Shown in pieces: positions 9,695-17,932 of a stretch of 64,000 bases of DNA (positions are counted from its first letter, which is position 1; each line of letters begins with the position of its first letter). The translations under genes were made by a program, and so were the position numbers. The notes below the pieces were generated by a model that worked only from the letters and a program-made list of their open reading frames with translations, had not been told where the DNA came from and did not search any database. The stretch lies in the IMG/VR virus record IMGVR_UViG_3300044833_000105; one strand, given 5' to 3'. Source of the stretch: an uncultured virus (IMG/VR IMGVR_UViG_3300044833_000105). Its lineage: Duplodnaviria; Heunggongvirae; Uroviricota; Caudoviricetes.

Positions 9695-9895
9695 GATTTC
9701 TCCGGTTGTGTTTGCCATCTTACGCCTATTCCTCTGCTGCGCGCCAATCCCTGATGTCGTCACGCGTGCACGGCCACCACGCTTTTGGCTCTTGTTTTCC
9801 GGGCTCAATTCCGGAGCATGAGCAGTAGATTGATCCATCCGAATGCAGTATCAGCAGCTCGTTGCATTCATTGCAATATAGTTTTTCCATGATTA

Positions 9896-10135
9896 TTAGC
9901 TCTCCTTCGATTGGTAGGCTTTCGCCAAGGTATTCGCAGGTACTTCCACCAGCCGCGACAGCTCAACCCACTGCTGGCCGCGACCGCAATTCGGCTCGAT
10001 CAGGATGCGCACGCGCCCGTAGCTGTTCTTGGCATCGATCACCTTGCAATCAATGATCAAATCTTCTAGCCTGATGGCCACGGCTGAACCGACTGCGGGC
10101 TGAAGCTGGCGGACGGCATGTTGTTTATCGCTCAT
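9896..10135 (-). CDS. Hypothetical protein
   Basis: SD AAGGGAG; CKVIDAKNSYGRVRILIEP..G.GQQWV. Confidence 0.65.
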   Translation of the reverse strand: MSDKQHAVRQLQPAVGSAVAIRLEDLIIDCKVIDAKNSYGRVRILIEPNCGRGQQWVELSRLVEVPANTLAKAYQSKES

Positions 10136-10137
10136 GA

Positions 10138-10398
10138 TTAAGTTCTCCCTTGAGCAATCTTGATGTTGGCCTTGGTCATTGGCGCAAAGCTACCGTCCTT
10201 CATGCGGATGGTATCGCCAGTCCAGGGCGTTGCCGGTTTCGCGGATGCCTTTACCTTCACTGCCTTACCGCCGATCCGGAAAGCATGGTATCGGGCGTCT
10301 TTGTAATGCCGCTGCCAGCCTGCATAGTTACCCGCAGCGTCGTAGATGGTGTAGGTGCCAGGTTCTGTTGTCGGCTCCATTGCTCTGTTGTTTTCCAT
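10138..10398 (-). CDS. Hypothetical protein, first gene of leftward accessory operon (leaderless)
   Basis: ATG 6 nt after -10 box. Confidence 0.65.
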   Translation of the reverse strand: MENNRAMEPTTEPGTYTIYDAAGNYAGWQRHYKDARYHAFRIGGKAVKVKASAKPATPWTGDTIRMKDGSFAPMTKANIKIAQGRT

Positions 10399-10400
10399 GT

Positions 10401-10462
10401 CCTGATACTATCAGGCATAGCTGTGACTGTCAAGCACAATCTTAAAATATTTTCAAATATTC
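10401..10462 (-). promoter_or_regulatory. Strong sigma70 promoter with overlapping palindromic operator and AT-rich upstream tract
   Basis: Minus strand TTGACA (10433-10428)-17 bp-TAGTAT (10410-10405); palindrome CCTGATA-C-TATCAGG at 10401-10415. Confidence 0.8.
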
Positions 10463-10595
10463 GTATGTCGTTGATTCCACGTACACAATGACCCACATCC
10501 TACTATCAACCGACCAGCAGCGACGCGTCCTAGGGCAGCTAATGAGCGCGGATTGCGACAAACTTTACGACGGTGTTATGACAGTGGTGTAATCG

Positions 10596-11141
10596 GTGGG
10601 AGCGCTTAGAGATGCAAGGCTTGATTCATTCTGTCTGCATGTGGCCGAAGGTAAAGGGCTTAGTGCTGCTGCCAAGTCAGCAGGTTATTCTTCTACCTCA
10701 GGGCGACAGTATGCAAGCAAGTTACGACAACGTCCCGATGTACAACAAAGGATTGACGAATTACGCCAAGAGTTTGTCAACGCCAGAACTAAGCTGGCAG
10801 CTAACGTTATCACCCGTGATCGTCAGCACTACCTATCGCTGCTATATGACATTGGCGCTCACGGTAAGAACGAAGGCGCACGCGTACGAGCCATCGAACT
10901 CGCTGGCATGGAAGAGTGCGGAATGTTCGTTAAACGCTCGGAAAATGTCTCCGTATCTTTGGAACTTCCGGCCCTTGAGCGGATGACCGCCGAATCACTG
11001 CGTAGCCTGGGATCAAAGATCGCCGAGCGATTGGGACAGTTGGAGCAGCGTAACGCGCCGAAGCAGGTAGCGGAGCGAGTAGCCACTGACGCCAAGTGTA
11101 CGCCTGATCCGAGTATCAATAATGCGAATGTTGACAAATAA
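10596..11141 (+). CDS. terS: Terminase small subunit
   Basis: FCLHVAEGKGLSAAAKSAGYS...ASKLRQRPDVQQRIDEL; RVRAIEL...GMF; upstream of TerL. Confidence 0.75.
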   Translation: MGALRDARLDSFCLHVAEGKGLSAAAKSAGYSSTSGRQYASKLRQRPDVQQRIDELRQEFVNARTKLAANVITRDRQHYLSLLYDIGAHGKNEGARVRAIELAGMEECGMFVKRSENVSVSLELPALERMTAESLRSLGSKIAERLGQLEQRNAPKQVAERVATDAKCTPDPSINNANVDK

Positions 11142-11465
11142 GTATAGCGTTATCAACGATGTGTATAATCTACTTCCGACTAGCCATTATATGTAAACTA
11201 AGTGGATTATACACAAAGTAACTACTATGTTATCAATAACATGACTATCGTGGACCACTGTTATCAACGGCTCTTAGTGGCATGTTAGCCACACCTTCTA
11301 TCATCACCACTCGTAGCATGCCAGCCACTGACGCAGCGCTGCCCTACAACGCGTCGGACAGGCGTGCCGGGGTGGTGGGACTGGGGGAAGCCCCGATGAC
11401 GGCGTGCGTGGGTCCTACCTTGAAATCAATATCCCCTATACGGACGACCTAAATTTTAAACTTTC
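11142..11465. other. Non-coding region after terS, putative pac/terminus site
   Basis: AT-rich with GTTATCAA at 11149, 11229 and 11260, then G-run tract CCGGGGTGGTGGGACTGGGGG...GGGTCC. Confidence 0.4.
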
Positions 11466-11643
11466 ATGCTACTACTGGAAAAAGGAAAGCGGCCACGGGC
11501 GATCTGCCGGGAGTGTAGGGCGCTGCATAGTTACCGCGATTGCCCTGCGAAAGCTGAGCGTGTTCGCGAGCAACAAAGGGTGAAGCGGATCCTCCAGGAG
11601 ATCGTTGCTTACCAGGAGCACGTTTTGTCCGGAGAGGAAAAAC

Positions 11644-12156
11644 GTGCCGTCTGAGGTTGTGTCTGTACGTGTCCTACCCGGGGAGTCCAGTAGTGTCCTA
11701 CCCGGGGAGTCCACTTTTTCGGGTGGACACGGTCGAATTCCTCGCTCTGTCGGGTCGGATCCAAAGCTAAAAGATCGTGACGTGAGAGTGTTTTACGCAC
11801 TCGCGAACTATGAGCGGAAAGGGATTGTGAACACAGGGATCCGCGCGCTGGCCACTTGTGCTCGAGTTCCGCGCTGCCGGATCCAGGCTAGTATCGCTAG
11901 ATTAATCACGCATGGTCACGTGCAACTTGCGCATAACACAGGTAAAGGCAAGCGTAACTCCTATAGGTTGATGGATCCAATATTCGCGGCAAAGGCAGTT
12001 ACGGATACAGGTAAGCAGCAGTTTCAGAAGGGATCCCAGGGGCGTTCTGTATCCAAAACCTACGATACTTCCACACTTCGCAAAGCTCGAGCCTTCGCCG
12101 CCAACTCGAGCCGTGGATCCGCAGTTGACGACATTTTCGGCAAGGAAACGGCGTGA
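11644..12156 (+). CDS. HTH DNA-binding protein
   Basis: DPKLKDRDVRVFYALANY...GIRALATCARVPRCRIQASIARLITHGHV; GTG after GAGG. Confidence 0.6.
   Translation: MPSEVVSVRVLPGESSSVLPGESTFSGGHGRIPRSVGSDPKLKDRDVRVFYALANYERKGIVNTGIRALATCARVPRCRIQASIARLITHGHVQLAHNTGKGKRNSYRLMDPIFAAKAVTDTGKQQFQKGSQGRSVSKTYDTSTLRKARAFAANSSRGSAVDDIFGKETA
11669..11713. repeat. Tandem 21-bp direct repeat, 24-bp period
   Basis: GTGTCCTACCCGGGGAGTCCA at 11669 and 11693. Confidence 0.9.
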
Positions 12157-13371
12157 CGCCGGATATCTTCTGGACATGGTGGAAGAGGTCAGGATCGAAG
12201 CCGATGCCAATAAAGCACCCAAGAGCAACGCTGGCTAATCCGGTCCCGCGCGTCGTAGTTTATGAGCGCCCGTTGAGCCGTAAGTCTCAAGCTAGGATTA
12301 TGCTTCGCAAGCGAGTGCTTCTGAAGGTTCTTGGGATAGCTCGCCAGGAGATCAAACTGGACAAGAGGCAATCCGCATGAGCGATACCGATAAACCAGTT
12401 AGTTACTACGGTCAGATCCCGTGGACCGGTAAGATCCCGTGGACCGTCATCCTCGATCCGAGACAGCCCAAGGGCGTAGTCACGCTTATCGACGCCAGAC
12501 ACTTCACGGTTGTGGCCGAGATATTCAACTTGTGGTATCCCGACAGGCCCCTCTCTGGTGAATTGCCGGTGCACTTGCTATGACCACCACCATCGCCCCT
12601 GTCGATACCCACACGTGGAAGGTGTTCCAGTCAGGGCCGCCGGGCGCTCGGGTCTCCAAGGTGCTGTGCTCGGTTTGTGGCTGCGCCTATCACGGCGATC
12701 CTTCGGACGAGCCGGGGTGCGCGGTGTATCCGGTGTGTGGCAAATGAAAAATTCCAGGCTCATAGAGATTCTCCAGCAGGCCGAGGAGAAGATGGCGGGT
12801 TGCGATATCTCTTTGGTGGAAGGTCCCAGGATGTTCGTGCCGGTCGAGGAGCTCGAGGTGATTCCGCTCAACGAGACTTGGTATCTGCGGATCGAGACTA
12901 AACTGTGAGTGAAATTATTCGTCGGCGATTTACCTTTGAAGAGCGCGAAGGAATACGGGTGTTCACGCGAAACCCATGCACGCCAAAGGAGGAATATTTC
13001 TGCCGTGTCACGGACAACAGTACCGGAGAGACGAGAGAGATCGTAATATCGTCCGGAGAAACCACAGGTCTCGGCCAGCAGGAACTCGCTAACCTATTTT
13101 CCAGCAAGTTTTCGTCCCCGAAAGGATTCCGCTAATGTTTGAACGACTCACCCAACCCGCCGCCTACGTACTGACGCAGGCGGATATCGAGCGCCGCGAG
13201 AACCGCGACAAGGGGCTGGTGACCACGATATTTGCGCCGTTCCTGACTGACGAGGAAGCCGTCATGACACGGGCCAGTTTCGAGCAGTTCTCAGACGGCG
13301 TAGATGCGCGATTGACTCGCGAACTTGGCGACCGCAAAGTATTCCACGTATCAGGCAAACGCCAGCGTTAG
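12153..13371 (+). other. String of about six small coupled hypothetical ORFs between terS and terL
   Basis: 12153-12380, 12377-12583, ~12580-12747, 12744-12908, 12905-13135, 13135-13371 with overlapping stop/start codons. Confidence 0.6.
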
Positions 13372-13613
13372 GGCCGGATAACTAGTTTTGCGTAATACTC
13401 AATTTCAAGTATATCGGGAAGCTTGTGATAGGTTCCGATGTAGATTACTTGGTCGAAAACGCGACCGCGCATTGCCTCTCTGGTGGTGATGGCGATAGCA
13501 TTCTCTGATCGAGCGCAAGCTCGATTTACACTTTTACAGTTGCCAGCCTCGTCGGGATGCGTGAGTGCCCAGTCAATGAACTCCCTAGTTTTGCCACAAA
13601 CGACAGCAGTCAT
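13368..13613 (-). CDS. Small antisense hypothetical protein (leaderless)
   Basis: TACGAT 5 nt before ATG; fills the gap before terL. Confidence 0.55.
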   Translation of the reverse strand: MTAVVCGKTREFIDWALTHPDEAGNCKSVNRACARSENAIAITTREAMRGRVFDQVIYIGTYHKLPDILEIEYYAKLVIRP

Positions 13614-13631
13614 ACCAGATCGTACCGCTAA

Positions 13632-15965
13632 ATGACGCTCAACGTCCAGAGTCCGGAAGCACAGGCACTCGCCGAACTGCTGCCGCAGATTTATGCGCTC
13701 GCCGATGCCAAGGAAGCCGAGGAGAACGCGCGGAAGTGGCGGAATATCGCGCGGGCAAATCAGCTACCACCGGCTGGTAACTGGGTCCACTGGCTGTGCA
13801 TTTGTGCGCGCGCTTTCGGCAAGACCCGCATGGGCTCCGAGTTTCACAAGGAAGAGGTTCTGGCCGGTCGCGCTACTCGCGGGGCGATCATCGCTCCCAC
13901 GGCCGCCGATTTACGCGATGTCGTGGTCGAAGGAGAGTCCGGGATACTGGCGGCATGGCATAGGGACCCTACCATAATCGAAAAACCGGAATATCAAAAG
14001 ACTAACCGGTGCATCAAGTTCCCGAATGGGTCCATGGCATTTCTCTACTCCGCCGAGGAGCCGGAACGACTCAGGGGTCCACAGCACGACTTCTACTGGT
14101 TTGACGAAGCCGCGGCCGCTCCGCGACACCAGGAAGTGTGGGATATGCTTCAGTTCGGGTTACGACTGGGTAAGTATCCACGCGGGGTCGTTACCACCAC
14201 TCCGCGCCCATTCGCGTTTCTGAAGGAGCTTCGCGACAATCCCTACACTGCCGTTACCTACGGGACTACGTACGACAACCGCGCCAACCTGCCGCCGGTG
14301 TTCTTCGACCAGATCGTAAAGAAGTTTGAGGGCACACGGCTGGGACAGCAGGAACTGATGGGCGTTCTGCTGGACGAAACGCCGGACGCCCTCTGGCGCG
14401 AGGACACTCTCCGGAACTGCTACGTCGAAGAGGCCCCAGCACTACGGCGCATTGTGGTGATTATCGATCCCTCCACATCCGGCGCCGAAGATGCTGACGA
14501 AGCGGGTATCATTGTGGCCGCCGAGGGCATGGATGCTGTAGGCTACCTGTTATGGGACGGCTCGCTTCGGGGAACTCCGGCCGAATGGGCGCGACAGGCT
14601 GTCCGGCTGTATCACGAATTTGAAGCCGACGGTATCCTGGCGGAAAAAAACCAGGGCGGAGACATGATCCTGGGAGTTCTGTCTGCAGTCGAGGCAAACG
14701 TACCTGTGCGCCTGATTCATGCCTCTAAATCCAAAGAAGTTCGCGCCGAGCCCGTAGCCGCCCTATATGAGCAGGGGCGCATCAAGCACGTCCGCAAACA
14801 CAACGGCAAAGAAACCGACTTCCGCGCGCTTGAGGCGCAAATGCTTCAGATGTCGGTCAGCCTCGGATACACCGGACGCGGATCTCCCGACCGCTGCGAT
14901 GCCAATGTTCACGGATTTAACGACCTGCTGATTCTCCACGCGCATGGGGCGATTCACTTCCTGCCGGAATTCCGCGCACCCAAGCCGGACGCCACTGGCG
15001 ATGCCCCGCATATCAGCCGGACGGAACTCGACGCGATTCCCTACTGGGCGCACCGCTGGGTCTCGGTGTCGCTCGGTCCGATCAGCGCAGCCCACTGGTA
15101 TGCGCAAGACGGCGATCAGGCGCGAATATATCGAGAGATGACCTGGGACTCGCAATCGACCGAGAAGATCGGGTCCGATATAGCGCAGGCGTCGGAAACC
15201 GAATTGGCTGGCGCGAAGATGATTCAGGTATGGCTTGATAAGCAGCACTTTGACGCGAAGCTGGGCAATAAGAACGTGGCACAGTCGTTATCGGACGGTA
15301 TCGAGCGCGTGCTCGGAGCGGGTGCTGGATTTCTGGGAGCATTCAACGAATTCGAGCGGCACATACCGGACGAAGCGCGCCGCATCGTAGAATTCAAGCG
15401 CCGTGAGGCCGCCGTTAAGGACCGCCGCATGACCGTCGTCCCGATAGATGCCGATCCGCAGGCTGGCTGGGAACACATGCGGTCGCTGCTACGCTACGAG
15501 CAGAAACCGGCGCTCGTCTGGAACAAAGAATATGCCGCGCATCTCCGCGATACCGATCAGGTGAAGTACGACCTCTACCTGAATACCGTGACGAAGGCAG
15601 GCCAATTAGAGCCGCCGAAACTTCTGATCCACGACGCGTGCCCGGAAACAATTCGCGCCCTAGGTTCGCTGTCGCGCGATGAGCGGAATAACGATCAGCC
15701 GCAATTGGTGGGAGAATCGGGAGCGGTCGCGTCAAGCGTCAATATCGGGATGCTGGCACACCGCGTGATCCAGACACGGGAACCGCTGGAGCAGTTCATG
15801 GCGAGGCGTTTGGAGAGCGTGCGGAAGCGCTACGAAGCGGACGGCAAAACGCTAGGTGCCGACATACTTTTTCAAGTGGAGCAGAAAGCCCGCGCCGATT
15901 ACGGAACGAATAACGTGCAGCCGATTGATTTACGCGCACTGCCTTCACGGAAGAGGTTGGCATGA
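13632..15965 (+). CDS. terL: Terminase large subunit with C-terminal extension
   Basis: NQLPP, Walker A CARAFGKT, ERLRGPQHD..WFDE, VTTTPR, nuclease IIDPS...EKNQGG...SPDRCDA. Confidence 0.95.
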   Translation: MTLNVQSPEAQALAELLPQIYALADAKEAEENARKWRNIARANQLPPAGNWVHWLCICARAFGKTRMGSEFHKEEVLAGRATRGAIIAPTAADLRDVVVEGESGILAAWHRDPTIIEKPEYQKTNRCIKFPNGSMAFLYSAEEPERLRGPQHDFYWFDEAAAAPRHQEVWDMLQFGLRLGKYPRGVVTTTPRPFAFLKELRDNPYTAVTYGTTYDNRANLPPVFFDQIVKKFEGTRLGQQELMGVLLDETPDALWREDTLRNCYVEEAPALRRIVVIIDPSTSGAEDADEAGIIVAAEGMDAVGYLLWDGSLRGTPAEWARQAVRLYHEFEADGILAEKNQGGDMILGVLSAVEANVPVRLIHASKSKEVRAEPVAALYEQGRIKHVRKHNGKETDFRALEAQMLQMSVSLGYTGRGSPDRCDANVHGFNDLLILHAHGAIHFLPEFRAPKPDATGDAPHISRTELDAIPYWAHRWVSVSLGPISAAHWYAQDGDQARIYREMTWDSQSTEKIGSDIAQASETELAGAKMIQVWLDKQHFDAKLGNKNVAQSLSDGIERVLGAGAGFLGAFNEFERHIPDEARRIVEFKRREAAVKDRRMTVVPIDADPQAGWEHMRSLLRYEQKPALVWNKEYAAHLRDTDQVKYDLYLNTVTKAGQLEPPKLLIHDACPETIRALGSLSRDERNNDQPQLVGESGAVASSVNIGMLAHRVIQTREPLEQFMARRLESVRKRYEADGKTLGADILFQVEQKARADYGTNNVQPIDLRALPSRKRLA

Positions 15966-16162
15966 AACTCTGGGTCTGCGTAATACCGGACAACGAAATA
16001 CTCGGCGTGTTTTCCACACAGGAATTATGCCAGCGGGCGATTGGCGAACTACAGCGAACTTCGTCTTACTGCGCTATCTGGGATCTACAACCGCAAGAAG
16101 TCGAACTTGACGCCTACGCAACCGATAGAGCACTGAGTGAGCATCCCACTTCATCGCGTTGA
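15962..16162 (+). CDS. Hypothetical protein
   Basis: Coupled to terL. Confidence 0.5.
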   Translation: MKLWVCVIPDNEILGVFSTQELCQRAIGELQRTSSYCAIWDLQPQEVELDAYATDRALSEHPTSSR

Positions 16163-16364
16163 CCCGAAGACGGGAGCCTGGACGGAGATCCTGCCCGGTG
16201 AGCCGATCCCGGCGCAGCATATCCGCATCGAGGAGCGCGACGGAGAAATCGTGACGGTCTTTGTCGGTTACGCAGACGATGGCGGGGACATCGTGAAACC
16301 GCACGTGCATGGCGTCGATGGAACGCCGGTGACGAAGGAACACCTGGAGCAGGATGCCGCTTGA
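16137..16364 (+). CDS. Hypothetical protein
   Basis: ORF in head operon. Confidence 0.55.
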   Translation: MSIPLHRVDPKTGAWTEILPGEPIPAQHIRIEERDGEIVTVFVGYADDGGDIVKPHVHGVDGTPVTKEHLEQDAA

Positions 16365-16469
16365 ATCTGGCGGAAACAAGCCGTCGCAATCGCCTTATCG
16401 CAGGCCCGTAAAACCGGGGACGATATTCCGGCGCCGCGCAAGATGCGCCGCTACCTACCGAAAAAGTAA
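16354..16469 (+). pseudogene. Frameshifted small basic protein of the MPLxSG...KQAVAIALSxAR type
   Basis: MPLESG followed out of frame by KQAVAIALSQARKTG...MRRYLPKK; 116 nt. Confidence 0.6.
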
Positions 16470-17078
16470 ATGCCAGTAGCCGAGGGACGCAAGATCATCG
16501 ACCAGCCGGTTACCTCCGGTCTGTTCGCGATGCCGAAGAGTTTCACCCGCGATGACGAGGTCATCTGGGCGAAGGTGCGGATGGATGCCGCGCGGCTGAG
16601 TTCCTACCAGGATTCGAAGTGTGGGCCGTTTCCGAATACGTTCGACTCCGCCGGTTCCTACCTGTGCGGCGGCCGCAAGGGCGGTGGTTCCAGCCCATGC
16701 AATAAGCTCACCGGCAGTGAATGTCTGATTCGCCTGGAACCGGTCAAGGATATCAATCATTCCAGTTGCATGTACTGGGAGACCACCAACGCGGGCGACA
16801 TGGAAGTCCGGTATTGCTCCAAGGGCAAGCTCGACGACAAACGCATTTCGTTCGGTACGACCCCGCACGACGATGGATTTGGTTGCGAGCGCTGTGAGTA
16901 CGGCCAGCATATGCTTCTGACACCGGATAGCGAAGGCCGAAAACGCTGGTGCGCGCTGAAGGGTATGCCCGTCGAAGACAAGGCGTGCTGCGCTGAGAAC
17001 GAACCGATAGCGAACGGCAAGTCCTCTTCTAAGGAAAATGGATTCGCTATGCGCCGCTATCGCGCGGAAGGAAAATAA
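16470..17078 (+). CDS. Cys-rich hypothetical protein
   Basis: Includes CERCEYG...RWCALKGMPVEDKACC; ends MRRYRAEGK. Confidence 0.75.
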   Translation: MPVAEGRKIIDQPVTSGLFAMPKSFTRDDEVIWAKVRMDAARLSSYQDSKCGPFPNTFDSAGSYLCGGRKGGGSSPCNKLTGSECLIRLEPVKDINHSSCMYWETTNAGDMEVRYCSKGKLDDKRISFGTTPHDDGFGCERCEYGQHMLLTPDSEGRKRWCALKGMPVEDKACCAENEPIANGKSSSKENGFAMRRYRAEGK

Positions 17079-17453
17079 ATGCATCCTAAAATGCCACCGC
17101 CTGGATCGAAGCCAGCAAAAGGCTTGATGATCGCTATTGGGGCGCCAAAGCCGGACAAGATGCCACCGCCAGGTTCCGACGATGAGCCCGACGATACCGG
17201 CGAATCGGAATCGACCGATGGTCGCGGCGTGCCTCCGGATGCCGTCGACTACCATACCGCCGACGAGCATTGCGGAGTCTGCGAGTACAACAAGGGCGGC
17301 CAGTGCGACTGGCTGAAGATGCCGGTTGGCGATGGCGACCACTGCGAACTGTTTGAGGCCAAGGGCGGCGAACAGGACGGGGACGATATGGGTGGATCGT
17401 CCGACGAACGCGACATGGGGCACGGAAATGGTCCGACTCCTCCACCTATTTAG
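17079..17453 (+). CDS. Acidic protein with HiPIP-like four-Cys motif
   Basis: YHTADEHCGVCEYNKGGQCDWLKMPVGDGDHCELF; KMPPPG twice. Confidence 0.65.
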   Translation: MHPKMPPPGSKPAKGLMIAIGAPKPDKMPPPGSDDEPDDTGESESTDGRGVPPDAVDYHTADEHCGVCEYNKGGQCDWLKMPVGDGDHCELFEAKGGEQDGDDMGGSSDERDMGHGNGPTPPPI

Positions 17454-17904
17454 CGGCTACCGCGAGTTGCGCCGCGCCGCCGATGAGAATCTTCGTTCGC
17501 TTCAGGCAGCGGAGCGTAAACTTTCAGAGCTTATCGCTGAACGCGACTCGTGGCAAAAACAGGCGCTCGACTGGCAGCAGCGATTCGTCGAGAAAGACGC
17601 CGATCTGGTGAACTCGCTCAAGCGCTCGACCGACGCGCTGTACATCAAGGCCACGGGGATGAGCATGTTTGGCGTAGTGGAACCGGCACCGCCTCAGCCG
17701 GTGGACCTGGAGAAGTATTACGCCAACCAGCCGCGATTGCCGAGCGAAGTGCGCAAGGAACGCAGGGAAGCGTACGCACGCGAAGCGATGAAGCATCTCG
17801 GATTAACCGGCGGAGCACCCACGGATGCGTCGATTGGCAAAACCGCCGAAGACCTAGAGAAGTTTTTCAAAGCAGAGCAAGATAATTTCGCCCAGCCTCA
17901 GTAG
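17428..17904 (+). CDS. Coiled-coil hypothetical protein
   Basis: Helical ORF before portal. Confidence 0.65.
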   Translation: MVRLLHLFSGYRELRRAADENLRSLQAAERKLSELIAERDSWQKQALDWQQRFVEKDADLVNSLKRSTDALYIKATGMSMFGVVEPAPPQPVDLEKYYANQPRLPSEVRKERREAYAREAMKHLGLTGGAPTDASIGKTAEDLEKFFKAEQDNFAQPQ

Positions 17905-17932
17905 TTCCTAAAGTTCAATCCGCCACAACTCA

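Noticed and set aside
12410..12447. 18-bp tandem duplication (GQIPWT/GKIPWT)
   Set aside because: Simple in-frame two-copy duplication in a small hypothetical gene with no further signal
16455..17423. 322-aa minus-strand ORF and similar long antisense ORFs across the structural region
   Set aside because: Shadow ORFs of GC-rich plus-strand genes with no motifs or promoters
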